Shown piece by piece: positions 33,201-41,951 of a stretch of DNA of 58,684 nt. Within the stretch, counting starts at the first letter, position 1. Each line of letters begins with the position of its first letter. The DNA is from a candidate division FCPU426 bacterium (GTDB lineage: Bacteria; Oederibacteriota; Muellerivitia; Muellerivitales; Muellerivitaceae): assembly GCA_963830915.1 (NCBI GenBank), contig CAWHOE010000039.1, positions 1 to 58,684 of the forward strand, in the 5' to 3' direction. The notes beneath the pieces were generated by a model. It was given only the letters and a program-made list of their open reading frames with translations, did no database searches and had not been told where the DNA came from. Position numbers and translations under genes: made by a program.

Positions 33201-33284
33201 AACAGTCCCAGTCCCCTTGAGGAGGCCAGTGCCGTCCGAAGGGCCGGAAGAAAGTAAGTTCAAAAGATCGATCATGCTTTTCAA
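30231..33284 (-). CDS. fliK: Flagellar hook-length control protein FliK (1017 aa)
   Basis: C-terminal Flg_hook domain LSFQLIPESLGRVNVQV...VKEALQQHMVDLKTALNQAGLQIDQLQV; long Q/N/T-rich body; directly upstream of flgD. Confidence 0.9.
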   Translation of the reverse strand: MKSMIDLLNLLSSGPSDGTGLLKGTGTVTPKGNNQNGSSFDDILAKLSTQTNGGQQGNNPNHGSPSVQTQPTSQGTSAQGNTVQGSQIATNVVSQIDVAAQTEVQITETVNVSNQNQLAQLEKTIAALAMGLSRALQLSSNLLNMDPAQAQNLLVSASGGQISPADATALLSALKSLSNSLPAGENPMNLSKDQRDNLLGQALQGLLQNQQVLLAGNQNTQTDEQAASNGQVSSVLGTGTGTSVTLQVSFTDTQAAQYQQSANQASLLYVDIQNLNISVTSQGTGNTQNSKALTPDRVDALLKTLSELGAKGDQSQPVNIMTNNVQIANTADQADAMKQNMMALVQALTQAGAGQVVLQSYLTDQKNASQAQLKQSFSQNQSLESLLAVIQANTVPVTVQPVPSIEGAITPNVDQGSNGQGNQPLPGVLLATNLEQNQGQVTSTTTTNAPIDLQVINRLNNLIDQLNLLAGQGVGTPTAQDHRDVSTQVIPVNDRPLSPIVPDLNIQPATQASQDRLVVVPNLVTSQAVTQPSGANIDPQVLTVNEIVVSTTQQILTSNQQVVPGGSQVQAVNQQIEIQVDQAPPTNLTTQPNAIKTTQAIPQTPTQTISANSVTTVAGDNSIFVTNQVNNEPTIASQTQANNAVYQVLNNPLVQNTVTNTAVSTITQPSIYQAGTPTNNIVTPAYQPAGVQVIAPVSTSNAQAASVVPAGSTAVLPVAPVQSINNGQATTVLAANQSAGQTSNVVNQTPQVPMAQGLTGSVITAEAMKNQVSAQTQETAPNNTISGSAAVQQANAVTTATPEAVTAVTDLGKSAQPNALNLEDKLSANTVSNLAVMNASANVINSVQSKATENQNVSNLSNDTVANNTTNNVSLFQNVTSQIASHIAEARTVSTLSFQLIPESLGRVNVQVSLVDQSVSARIIVTNPDVKEALQQHMVDLKTALNQAGLQIDQLQVQVQGGSTNLLAQYFQYQQEGFGYRLPVDLSSALADQSQNPENASVSGVLSSRNSLVDMLV

Positions 33285-33303
33285 GTCATTATCCTTCTGT
33301 CAC

Positions 33304-35604
33304 TCAACTGGTCTTTGATGTAAATGTCGTGCTAGAGGTATTTCCGCCAACAACTTCAATTAAATCTGACAACATTTGATTCATGATATTCAGGACTTGT
33401 AAAGACGCGTTGTATACGTTCAGCGATTGCATAGCCTGCTCCTGAAGAGCAGCTAAAGAAACGCCGTAAGAACCCGTACCAGATGAAGTAGTGGCTACCC
33501 CCGCCACCTCTGCCTGCGCATTATTCAATTGGGTTAAGGCATCCTGCGCGGTGGTAGTGACAGACTGTTGATTCGAGACATCGTTGGTAATATTGGCCAA
33601 GATCGAATTTGTCAGGTCGTTGACCGGCATGTTGGCGTTCAACCCGGTGAAAACAGAGAAATTACCGGTTGTATCGACAACTTCCATTGGCGAGGAGGAC
33701 GTCATGGTAAAGGCGTTGATGTTGGTATTACCGCCGAAGAACGTTGGCAACGTTTGGGATACATCGGTCCACAATTCAGCCGTTACCGCCGGGACAGCAT
33801 TGAATATCTGATTGGACATGGCGTTGATGGTCGTTTTGCTGGTCCATGGTTGAACAGCCGCGGACACATAAACCGGCGAGTAAACCACCGTTCCATTGAT
33901 AGTAAAGCTTCCCGAAGTGGAAGGAGTGATTCTGAAAGCGGTCGTGTTATTATAAGAATTCAAGGCCTGGTTCTGGTTGATCTGCGGGTTAGTATAGGCA
34001 AAAGAATTGTTCAATTTAAGAGAACTCACCAGGATATTTTGAATGTTCGTGAACCCAGTGAAACTCGGAAGTCCCGCCCCATTCTGTATCTGTACCGGAT
34101 CATTGGAAAAAATAAAAAATTGTTGGTTGGTATAATCGAACACAGCGTCGACATTTGGGACATTATTATTTATTTTTTGAAGCAGTTGCGCGATCGAATC
34201 CGTATTCGCGTTGTAGTTGATAACAACCCCGTCGATGGTCACCGATCCCGCCCCTGCAGGCGTATTAGCGAAATTCTCGGTTGCCATTGGTCCATTAGGA
34301 TTCACCAAGGCTCCCACCCCACTCCAAACCGTGCTAGGACTCCCAGCGAAGTTGTTAGCTAACAAGGTAGGAAGATTTCCTAGAAACTGTGCTATCTGTT
34401 TGTTAGCAGGCAGAGGCGAAGCAACCCCATTCACCGTTCCAGTACTAGATTGGGCCAAAAGATTGGAATTATTGATCAAGGCCGCATTGACACTGATGTC
34501 TTCACCGCCAGTACCAACGAAAAAGAAAAGTCCACTAGTCGTTCCATCAGCCGCAAAACCCGAAACATGCATCGTATTAGTAAGATTCATAACCGAAGTG
34601 GCGATTTGATCCACCTGGTCCTTGTAGGATTCCAGAACCACATCCCGCGCTTTCAACTCACCGGCTAGATTTCCGCCCGTGATCATGTTCGTGACGTCAA
34701 CAACTTGCGTAATAGGAGAAATACCAGGTCCTGTACTTGGTGTGTAATACATAAGAGAATTGGGGTTGGCAGGTCCCTGATATGAAACACTCACTAAATT
34801 CGGGTTATGGGAATTATTAGCGTTGGTCGTAAGACTACCCGCCCCATAGGAATTAACTAAGTCCAATCCACCCAAATAAACATTAGCGACACCGTTATTG
34901 CCATAGGTTGTTTGGATATTGATCAACCTCGAAAGCTGATCCAATGCGTAATCCCTGGCATCCAATAAATCGTTCGGATTGGAACCTTGGGAATTGTTAA
35001 GTTGATAATTGATGGAGGCCAATTGCTGGAGTAGTTGGTTGATGTTCCCAACTGTTTGAGTGACCTGCCCGTCCATGTTCACTTCAAGGGTCTGTAATTG
35101 GCTGTATTGTGACCTTGCCATATCGGCAAAAGCCGTCCCAGCAGCAACTACAGCCTGACGATTGGTAGCGTCGGTAGCCGGCGCGCTAGGAGCGGCTCCT
35201 AGCGCTTGCCAAGCGGTCGCGAAATTATTCAAGGCGCTGCTTAAAGTTGAAGTTGTGGATGAATTAATGATCGAATTAACCTGGGTCAATACCGAATTAA
35301 GTATGTCGGCATTGCCCACAACCGAGCTTTGCTGCTGAATCTGTCCATCCAGATACAAACTGCGATACCGGGTGATCTGGGATGCTTGAGGACCAGTGCC
35401 AACCGCGAAGTTCTGAACTCCATTGTTGAAAACAATAGGTGTTCCATCAGCCGTATTGAATTCCTGAAGGCTGTGAACCAAATAGCCATTGGCATCAACG
35501 CTTGTCCCGGCATTGGCCAAGTTTTCAGCGATGACATCTTGATTCAATTGTTGAACTTGTAGGCTTCGTGTGATGGTATCGATGCCCATGAAACTGCTCA
35601 GCAT
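33304..35604 (-). CDS. flgK: Hook-associated protein FlgK (divergent)
   Basis: IAENLANAGT; INQLLQQLASINYQL; NDLLDARDYALDQLSRLI; GGNLAG; follows flgM-flgN. Confidence 0.88.
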   Translation of the reverse strand: MLSSFMGIDTITRSLQVQQLNQDVIAENLANAGTSVDANGYLVHSLQEFNTADGTPIVFNNGVQNFAVGTGPQASQITRYRSLYLDGQIQQQSSVVGNADILNSVLTQVNSIINSSTTSTLSSALNNFATAWQALGAAPSAPATDATNRQAVVAAGTAFADMARSQYSQLQTLEVNMDGQVTQTVGNINQLLQQLASINYQLNNSQGSNPNDLLDARDYALDQLSRLINIQTTYGNNGVANVYLGGLDLVNSYGAGSLTTNANNSHNPNLVSVSYQGPANPNSLMYYTPSTGPGISPITQVVDVTNMITGGNLAGELKARDVVLESYKDQVDQIATSVMNLTNTMHVSGFAADGTTSGLFFFVGTGGEDISVNAALINNSNLLAQSSTGTVNGVASPLPANKQIAQFLGNLPTLLANNFAGSPSTVWSGVGALVNPNGPMATENFANTPAGAGSVTIDGVVINYNANTDSIAQLLQKINNNVPNVDAVFDYTNQQFFIFSNDPVQIQNGAGLPSFTGFTNIQNILVSSLKLNNSFAYTNPQINQNQALNSYNNTTAFRITPSTSGSFTINGTVVYSPVYVSAAVQPWTSKTTINAMSNQIFNAVPAVTAELWTDVSQTLPTFFGGNTNINAFTMTSSSPMEVVDTTGNFSVFTGLNANMPVNDLTNSILANITNDVSNQQSVTTTAQDALTQLNNAQAEVAGVATTSSGTGSYGVSLAALQEQAMQSLNVYNASLQVLNIMNQMLSDLIEVVGGNTSSTTFTSKTS

Positions 35605-35614
35605 TCCAGCCTCC

Positions 35615-36100
35615 TTAAACGACCCGATTGACGTAAGAGGATCTTGTTTCTTCCTCTTTCGCCATCGGGGTAAAAGCCTTCTTCTGGTTCCCGCCGTTCA
35701 AAACTTTCAAAGTGAAATTCACATAAGAAAGGGCGTTGTTCAATAATTTCTCGTTACTTCCGTTGACCGATTCCAAATGTTTTGCCGCCTGAACCAGCTC
35801 AATAACGGCTTTCTTGTATTCTTCGACGATCTCTATGGGAGCTACATCAATGGCTTCAACCAAGTTCAAAGAGGCTACCTTCATCGTCTTCCCTAAACTT
35901 GTCAGTAGATCATTTCTCTTTCCGATCAAAGGCGTTAAAGCGAAAACTTCTTTTTCCTCGAGACGCAAGTTTTCAGGGAGGGTTTCAACTTTGCCCGAGA
36001 CGAGAATGTCCTTTTGTTTTTCCGCAATTTCCGCGAGACGGCAATAATGCTCCGCCTCCTGGGTCAAACACTCGATAAGTTTTTTGAACAATTCGATCAC
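35615..36100 (-). CDS. flgN: Flagellar chaperone FlgN
   Basis: Helical 161-aa protein with NEKLLNNALSYVNFTLKVL; between flgM and flgK. Confidence 0.8.
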   Translation of the reverse strand: MIELFKKLIECLTQEAEHYCRLAEIAEKQKDILVSGKVETLPENLRLEEKEVFALTPLIGKRNDLLTSLGKTMKVASLNLVEAIDVAPIEIVEEYKKAVIELVQAAKHLESVNGSNEKLLNNALSYVNFTLKVLNGGNQKKAFTPMAKEEETRSSYVNRVV

Positions 36101-36103
36101 GAT

Positions 36104-36394
36104 TTAACCTTTGGTATTGATCACTCGAGATTCAACCAAACTAGCGGCGAGTTTATCGACATCCACCGAGTATTTTCCCGCTTGAACTTTCTGGGCTAGG
36201 TCTTCTACCTTCGAGCTTCGCTCTGCCAAAGCTTGAGCTGATTGACGTTGAACCGTTTGAAGGATTTCAGCAAAAGAACTAAATGAAACAGAGGAAGAAT
36301 TATTGGTTTCCGACCCTGAATTCTGTGAAGCCGCTTTTGATGTCTTGAAAGTTTGGAGGATGGCCGGGATATTTTGAAAGCCGTCGATCTTCAT
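36104..36394 (-). CDS. flgM: Anti-sigma-28 factor FlgM
   Basis: MKI...VSFSS...RSSKVEDLAQKVQAGKYSVDVDKLAASLV. Confidence 0.9.
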   Translation of the reverse strand: MKIDGFQNIPAILQTFKTSKAASQNSGSETNNSSSVSFSSFAEILQTVQRQSAQALAERSSKVEDLAQKVQAGKYSVDVDKLAASLVESRVINTKG

Positions 36395-36422
36395 GGGAAA
36401 CTCCTTTAGTTTTCTGGAGTTC

Positions 36423-36449
36423 CTAACGTCGTAAAGTCATAAAACTTTA
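36423..36449 (-). promoter_or_regulatory. Sigma-28-like promoter upstream of flgM
   Basis: TAAAGTTT-N11-GACGTTAG: canonical -35 and spacing, variant -10 (consensus GCCGATAA). Confidence 0.7.
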
Positions 36450-36532
36450 GCGGTTTTTTTGTGGGTGGGTGTCCTGAATACCGCAATATTTAGGGTTTTT
36501 AAGAAAAGGGCCATTTTATTGGGTTATTGGGG

Positions 36533-36964
36533 CTACCTCTTCCCATTTTCACCACGATAATTTTTAAGGTATTTAGGGTCCCTTTTATCTTCTTTGGCGG
36601 GGTCTTTTTTCTTTTCTTCTTTTATTTTGTCGACATCGTTTTTTATTTCTTCAGAAAGGACTCGACGGCATTTATCGCATATTTTGCCCTGTGCAATAGG
36701 AATTCCGCAGCTTTCACAAACAATCCCCGTATCCGCTTTTACAAGCCGCAACCGGTTTTCCCGTACATACCTGTATATTTCCTTGATATCTATACCGGTT
36801 TCTTGTGCTATTTCTTGGGCTGTAGCGCTTGGGCGGGTTGAAAGAAAATGGAAAATCTTCGTGTAATTATCGTCTTCTTCTTTTGCGCAATTAGGGCAAA
36901 TATCCCTGCTACCTGCGATTCTGGTATAAGCCTTACCGCATCTTGAACAATTCTCCCAACTCAT
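36533..36964 (-). CDS. Flagellar operon protein, YvyF/TIGR03826 family
   Basis: NCSRCGK...ICPNC...ATAQEIAQETG...CESCGIPIAQGKICDKC; upstream of flgM as in Firmicutes. Confidence 0.85.
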   Translation of the reverse strand: MSWENCSRCGKAYTRIAGSRDICPNCAKEEDDNYTKIFHFLSTRPSATAQEIAQETGIDIKEIYRYVRENRLRLVKADTGIVCESCGIPIAQGKICDKCRRVLSEEIKNDVDKIKEEKKKDPAKEDKRDPKYLKNYRGENGKR

Positions 36965-37437
36965 GAGAATGTTTTCTGATGCGTTTCTGTGGCTTGTTTT
37001 AGTTTTTGATAAATGACATTTCCGATGCCAATACCATTGGAGGAAGCCAGGGATTTTGATAATTCTTCATCATGCATACTTTCAAAAAACTCCATTGTCT
37101 GGCTATTTCCCAAAAGATCAGACTTTTGTACAGTATTTCTCATTTCCTTGAAAAGCATCTGCATAAATACCGACTCGAAATCCTTTGATACTTGCTTGAT
37201 TTCCGCGTCGGTGTGATTAACCGGCCCGGTTAATGGATTCAAAGCTTGTTGTTGAAGGGATAAAAAAGGTGATGTGGATCCTGTCACCACGCCAGGAAAC
37301 ATTTGATCAGCGGCTTGAGCGACCAAACTTGGCTGTGAGGAAAGCATCTTTTGAAGGGCAGGACCACTAAAAGAATTCAACCCATTTGTCCCAGACAAGG
37401 GCATTACGGACGAAACAGGTTGAGATGAAAAATTCAT
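36961..37437 (-). CDS. flgJ: FlgJ rod-binding protein (no muramidase domain)
   Basis: SKDFESVFMQMLFKEMRNTV...GIGIGNVIYQKL. Confidence 0.88.
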   Translation of the reverse strand: MNFSSQPVSSVMPLSGTNGLNSFSGPALQKMLSSQPSLVAQAADQMFPGVVTGSTSPFLSLQQQALNPLTGPVNHTDAEIKQVSKDFESVFMQMLFKEMRNTVQKSDLLGNSQTMEFFESMHDEELSKSLASSNGIGIGNVIYQKLKQATETHQKTFS

Positions 37438-37448
37438 ACTATCCTTCT

Positions 37449-38567
37449 CTAGATGATATCCAATTCAGCGTGAAGAGCGCCTGATTCCTTGACGGCCTGA
37501 AGGATGGAGATCAAATCACGAGGAGTTGCCCCAACCGCGTTAACCGCTTCTACCACATCCATTAGCGTAGCGCCTTCCGGGAGAGCAACTAAATTGCCTA
37601 GCTTTCCAGTATCTTCGGCGGATACAGTCGTGGTATGGGTCAATTCGTCATGGCCGAATACAGCGTCGTGGGAAACTTGTGTAGTTTTCTTGACCACTAA
37701 ACGAAGATTACCATGAGCAATCGCGACTGCGTCAATACGAACATCTTGACCCAAGACAACAGTACCAGTCCTTTCATTGACCACCACTCGATTTGAGATG
37801 GAGTCGGTCGTTACCTGAGCGTCTTCCACTGCCGCCACAAAATCAACCACATTGTCTTGATAGTTGTAAGGGATCTTGATATCAATCTGGCCGCCATCTG
37901 TTGCCTTGGCGACCTGTTCCCCGAATTGTTGATTCAACGCCTGAGCGGCGAGAGAAGCTTGCCCGAAGTCCGGATGATCAAGAAGGATAGTGATCGTGTT
38001 GTTATCAACGAAAGTGGACGGCACTTCCCTTTCCACCAAAGCCCCATTTGGAACGCGACCAGTGGTTGTGCTATCCACCTGAATGAGGGGGAATTCGCCC
38101 GTATTGTCAGAAAAACCGCCTACCGCTAATGGCCCTTGGGCCACGGCATAAACCTGGCCATCCGGACCTTGAAGGGGCGTCATCAACAATAAACCGCCTT
38201 GGAGGCTTCTTGCGTCCCCAATCGATGAAACAGTAACATCCAATTTATCCCCGGACTTCAAAAGCGGAGGCAATTGAGCAGTGACCATCACAGCTGCCAC
38301 ATTCTGCGTTCGGATCTGTGAAGGGCTTATTACTATTCCGAATTGAGAAAGCATGTTAGTAATACTTTGAAGAGTCGAAACAACACGTTGTGTATCGCCA
38401 GTTCTTTGAAGACCAGAAACAAGACCGTACCCTATCAATTGATTCTCTCGAACACCTTTTACTTTAGCGATGGTCTTTAATCTTACCTGTGCCGCCTCCG
38501 ACACGCTGTAAGATAAAAAACAACCTAACAGTAATAAGGCCACTACCGCACGAGAAATTTTCGTCAT
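37449..38567 (-). CDS. flgI: Flagellar P-ring protein FlgI
   Basis: GVRENQLIGYGLVSGL; NVAAVMVTAQLPP; VVNERTGTVV; ISILQAVKESGALHAEL. Confidence 0.97.
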   Translation of the reverse strand: MTKISRAVVALLLLGCFLSYSVSEAAQVRLKTIAKVKGVRENQLIGYGLVSGLQRTGDTQRVVSTLQSITNMLSQFGIVISPSQIRTQNVAAVMVTAQLPPLLKSGDKLDVTVSSIGDARSLQGGLLLMTPLQGPDGQVYAVAQGPLAVGGFSDNTGEFPLIQVDSTTTGRVPNGALVEREVPSTFVDNNTITILLDHPDFGQASLAAQALNQQFGEQVAKATDGGQIDIKIPYNYQDNVVDFVAAVEDAQVTTDSISNRVVVNERTGTVVLGQDVRIDAVAIAHGNLRLVVKKTTQVSHDAVFGHDELTHTTTVSAEDTGKLGNLVALPEGATLMDVVEAVNAVGATPRDLISILQAVKESGALHAELDII

Positions 38568-38587
38568 TTTAAACTCCGTTTCAATTC

Positions 38588-39211
38588 TCAAAAAAGACCT
38601 AACCAACCCAGGACTCGCGTAATCAAACCCGGCTTGGCCGTTTCTGAAGCAGGCCCAGTCCCTGTGAATTTAATTTTTGCGTTGGCTACCCTAGATGACA
38701 AAACGCTATTATCGCTAGCGATATCATCGGGCCGAATTTCTCCAGTAACTTCAATGGTTTGTTTTTCTTCATTTATTTCCACATACCTGTTGCCATCGAT
38801 CATATAGTTCCCACTGGGCAAAATCGAAACTATCTTAGCTGTCATTTCACCCGTAATCGTCGTTCCTCGGCTTGAGGTCCCCTGTCCTTGATGAGAAGAA
38901 CCCGCGCCAATGCCTATGTTATTAGTCCCATTCGTCAATACATTGCTTCCATAGAGTCCGGATCCAATAAATCCAGAACCAGCCCCTATTACCAGACCAG
39001 CAGATTTTTGACTTTGGCTACTGGCCGCTTGAGTGGCCTGCGTATTTTCTTGAATCATTACAGTAATAACATCCCCAACTCTCCGTGCCCTTTTTTCATT
39101 GTAAATGGCGCTAGAACCTTCTACCGGATAGATCGAATCCGCAAGCAGGTTTTGAGTAATTAAAATCAACAGCAAATTTGCGAACAACATTGACCAATTT
39201 CTTTTAGTCAT
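38588..39211 (-). CDS. flgH: Flagellar L-ring protein FlgH
   Basis: RARRVGDVITVMIQE; VSILPSGNYMIDG; GEIRPDDI...SSRVANAKI. Confidence 0.93.
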   Translation of the reverse strand: MTKRNWSMLFANLLLILITQNLLADSIYPVEGSSAIYNEKRARRVGDVITVMIQENTQATQAASSQSQKSAGLVIGAGSGFIGSGLYGSNVLTNGTNNIGIGAGSSHQGQGTSSRGTTITGEMTAKIVSILPSGNYMIDGNRYVEINEEKQTIEVTGEIRPDDIASDNSVLSSRVANAKIKFTGTGPASETAKPGLITRVLGWLGLF

Positions 39212-39231
39212 CTTTTAACCTCCATCCCAGG

Positions 39232-40209
39232 CTACTTCTTATCCTGGTCTACAAGCACTGTATTTTCATCCAAGACCCTTGCACTTAATACTTTATGAGT
39301 GTCTGTATTTTCCACTCTGATCTTGTCGCCAGCTTTCCCATCCTCAATCGCTCTTGTTTGTACCGTCAATTCCACGTTACCCCGTTGTACTATTGCTTGA
39401 ACAACCTGACCATGTAAAATAACCGGCGGATCAAAAATATCACTAACCCGAAGTACTGTCCCGCTGGTCATCGCCATCGCCGCTTTACGCCCTAAAACTT
39501 GTTTCAATTGTTTAAAACAGCCCGTCAAAATCTTCGAAGTCGGTTCTTTAACTACAGCTACGTTTTCTTCCGTAAACTTATCGTCCTTTTCAATCCGCTG
39601 GGTGGTCACCACCGCAGGATGTTTAACTTCCACGGTCAGTCTCAAAGGAAGAACATGGGCCAAGTGCCCATCTACTTCCAACTCAGTTGTCAAAATAATC
39701 GATCCTTCATATCGCCCGCCGAATGCGGGTCTAAAGTTAGCCTGAACATTACCAGCCGGAAGAAGAACCGATTTATCCTCACCAGAAAGTTTCACATCTA
39801 AATTTTCAACAGATTCCTTGGTCTGTTCCAAAATAAATTGTTTTATCTCAGGTAATAAATTCCCTGGATGGAATTCCTGGCTTTCTGTGAAAACCATTAC
39901 CGCAGCCGAACCTTCAAAAGCAAACTGCTTTACTGTATACCCTTCCCTTAGCAGAGCTACTTTTATATACCCCTGATCAATTTTGATCTTATTTCCGGCC
40001 GGGGCCGCTTTCCCAATGGTAATACGTCTAAGTCTCTCAACGAGCGCTTTATTTTCCCCGATAACATCAACAACATCCCCCAAACTTACTGCAGGGCCAA
40101 CCACAGTTGCTTTCTCCGGCAAACGAAGAATAACATCATTACCAGTGGCAAAACTAAACCGGCCCCAAACCAGGATAAAAAAAGCCAATAACCATTTAAG
40201 TCTAGTCAT
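39232..40209 (-). CDS. flgA: P-ring formation chaperone FlgA
   Basis: SAF domain and AIEDGKAGDKIRVENTDTHKVLSARV; between flgG and flgH. Confidence 0.9.
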   Translation of the reverse strand: MTRLKWLLAFFILVWGRFSFATGNDVILRLPEKATVVGPAVSLGDVVDVIGENKALVERLRRITIGKAAPAGNKIKIDQGYIKVALLREGYTVKQFAFEGSAAVMVFTESQEFHPGNLLPEIKQFILEQTKESVENLDVKLSGEDKSVLLPAGNVQANFRPAFGGRYEGSIILTTELEVDGHLAHVLPLRLTVEVKHPAVVTTQRIEKDDKFTEENVAVVKEPTSKILTGCFKQLKQVLGRKAAMAMTSGTVLRVSDIFDPPVILHGQVVQAIVQRGNVELTVQTRAIEDGKAGDKIRVENTDTHKVLSARVLDENTVLVDQDKK

Positions 40210-40224
40210 GCCGCTAACTTCTCA

Positions 40225-41022
40225 TCAAGGGAACTGCTTCATGTTCGCTATATCAGACAACATAGTGTCTGAAGTAGAAACAGCTTTAGAATTCAATTCA
40301 TAGGCTCTTTGCGCCACAATCAAATTGACCATTTCCGTTACAACATCAACGTTAGATGATTCCAAAGATCCCTGTTGGACCGTAGCAAAACCCGTTGAAC
40401 CTGGGGTGCCTTGAATGGGGTCCCCCGATGCGGCAGTTTGTTGGAATAAATTATGGCCAGTCGCTAAAAGGCCCCCAGGATTCACAAAATTTGTTATCTC
40501 TAGTTGGCCCACTTGAACAGCTTGAGTGTTGCCTGCCGTTTGAACCATAACTTGACCAGTAGAGGTAATTTGGATTGAAGATGTATCTGCCGGTAATTGA
40601 ATGGGCGGATTCAGGAAGTAGCCGTCCGCCGTAACGATGTTCCCATTTGCATCCTGAGTAAAAGAACCATCCCGGGTATAAGCCGTTTCCCCATTGGGAA
40701 GAGTTACTTGGAAAAATCCATTGTCACCCTCAATCAAAACATCCAAAGGATTATTGGTATTCTGAACGCTACCGACCGTAAATATACGTTGGGTAGATAC
40801 TGGTTTTACGCCTTCCCCAATTTGTAATCCAGCCGGCGTATTGGTCTGTGGTGAAGTTGGTGTCCCTGCCGGTTTTAAGTTGAGGTACAAAAGGTCTTGG
40901 AAATCAACCCTCTGTTTCTTGAACCCTGTAGTGCTAACGTTCGCAAGATTATTGGAAATGGTATCAATGTTCAACTGTTGAGCGGCCATGCCAGTTGCCG
41001 CTGTGTAAAGTGACTGCATCAT
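40225..41022 (-). CDS. flgG: Distal rod protein FlgG
   Basis: SLYTAATGMAAQQLNIDTISNNLANVSTTGFKK; FQDLLY; AQRAYELNSK. Confidence 0.97.
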   Translation of the reverse strand: MMQSLYTAATGMAAQQLNIDTISNNLANVSTTGFKKQRVDFQDLLYLNLKPAGTPTSPQTNTPAGLQIGEGVKPVSTQRIFTVGSVQNTNNPLDVLIEGDNGFFQVTLPNGETAYTRDGSFTQDANGNIVTADGYFLNPPIQLPADTSSIQITSTGQVMVQTAGNTQAVQVGQLEITNFVNPGGLLATGHNLFQQTAASGDPIQGTPGSTGFATVQQGSLESSNVDVVTEMVNLIVAQRAYELNSKAVSTSDTMLSDIANMKQFP

Positions 41023-41081
41023 AAAAGCCTCCTGAAATTCAGGTTTTCGAACATCTTTTTAGAACGAAACCCTGATTGTTT

Positions 41082-41137
41082 TCATCGCCTCTATCGTTCG
41101 GCGATGAGAACGGCCTCCGCATTGCAGTCCGGCCGTT
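41082..41137 (-). promoter_or_regulatory. Candidate cis-regulatory RNA in the flgG leader
   Basis: AACGGCC-GGAC-UGC-AAU-GCG-GA-GGCCGUU, then UCAUCGCC-GAACGAUAGA-GGCGAUGA. Confidence 0.55.
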
Positions 41138-41155
41138 TACAGCGTCAAATCAAAA

Positions 41156-41941
41156 CTAAACTCTTAACGTACCAATCTCTGTCGCCGCTTCATTCATGAC
41201 ATGGTCATAAGTGGAGATAATCCTAGAATTCAACTCATATGATCTATAGTTATTGATCATATTGACCATTTCCATCATTGAATTAACGTTCGATTGCTCC
41301 AAAAAGCCCTGTTGTACCTGAATATCATCGGGAGCCATATCCAGCTTATTGTTAGGTGTGGCCTCAAATAACGAATGGCCCACCTTCGTAAGCTTATTTT
41401 CATCTTGTACTTTAACAATCAGAAGTTGATCCAATGCTTTTCCATCAACCGTAATGTTACCCTCGGAATCAGCGGTAACATTTGCTCCATCAATATACAC
41501 TTCGCCATTATGGCCAAGAACCGTTAGACCGTCCTTCGTTACAAGTTTACCATTAGCATCTAAACTAAAATTACCGTCCCTCGTTAATAGCGTTTTACCA
41601 TTCGGGCTTAACACAGTGAAAAAACCTGGACCCGTAAGTGCAAAATCAAGTGGGCTTTTAGTTTCCAACCGAGAACCTTGTGAATAATCAGTAGTGACCG
41701 CTTGAGGTATAACACCCCCACCCATCACCCCAATATTAGGACGATATTCTGCCGTCCCATCCCCGATCTTGATGTGTTGATCATGCAATCTGGCAATAAG
41801 ATAAGTCGGGAAAGCCACATCCACTGATCTATTTTGTTTGAACCCCACTGTACTTGCATTCGCCAAATTATTAGCGATTACATTTTCCTGAGTGAGTGTG
41901 GAATTCATTCCAGAAGCCGCTATGTAGAGTCCACTAGGCAT
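41156..41941 (-). CDS. flgF: Proximal rod protein FlgF
   Basis: GLYIAASGM...ANNLANASTVGFK; LTRDGNF; QGFLEQSNVN; upstream of flgG. Confidence 0.88.
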   Translation of the reverse strand: MPSGLYIAASGMNSTLTQENVIANNLANASTVGFKQNRSVDVAFPTYLIARLHDQHIKIGDGTAEYRPNIGVMGGGVIPQAVTTDYSQGSRLETKSPLDFALTGPGFFTVLSPNGKTLLTRDGNFSLDANGKLVTKDGLTVLGHNGEVYIDGANVTADSEGNITVDGKALDQLLIVKVQDENKLTKVGHSLFEATPNNKLDMAPDDIQVQQGFLEQSNVNSMMEMVNMINNYRSYELNSRIISTYDHVMNEAATEIGTLRV

Positions 41942-41951
41942 TCAGAATTCC

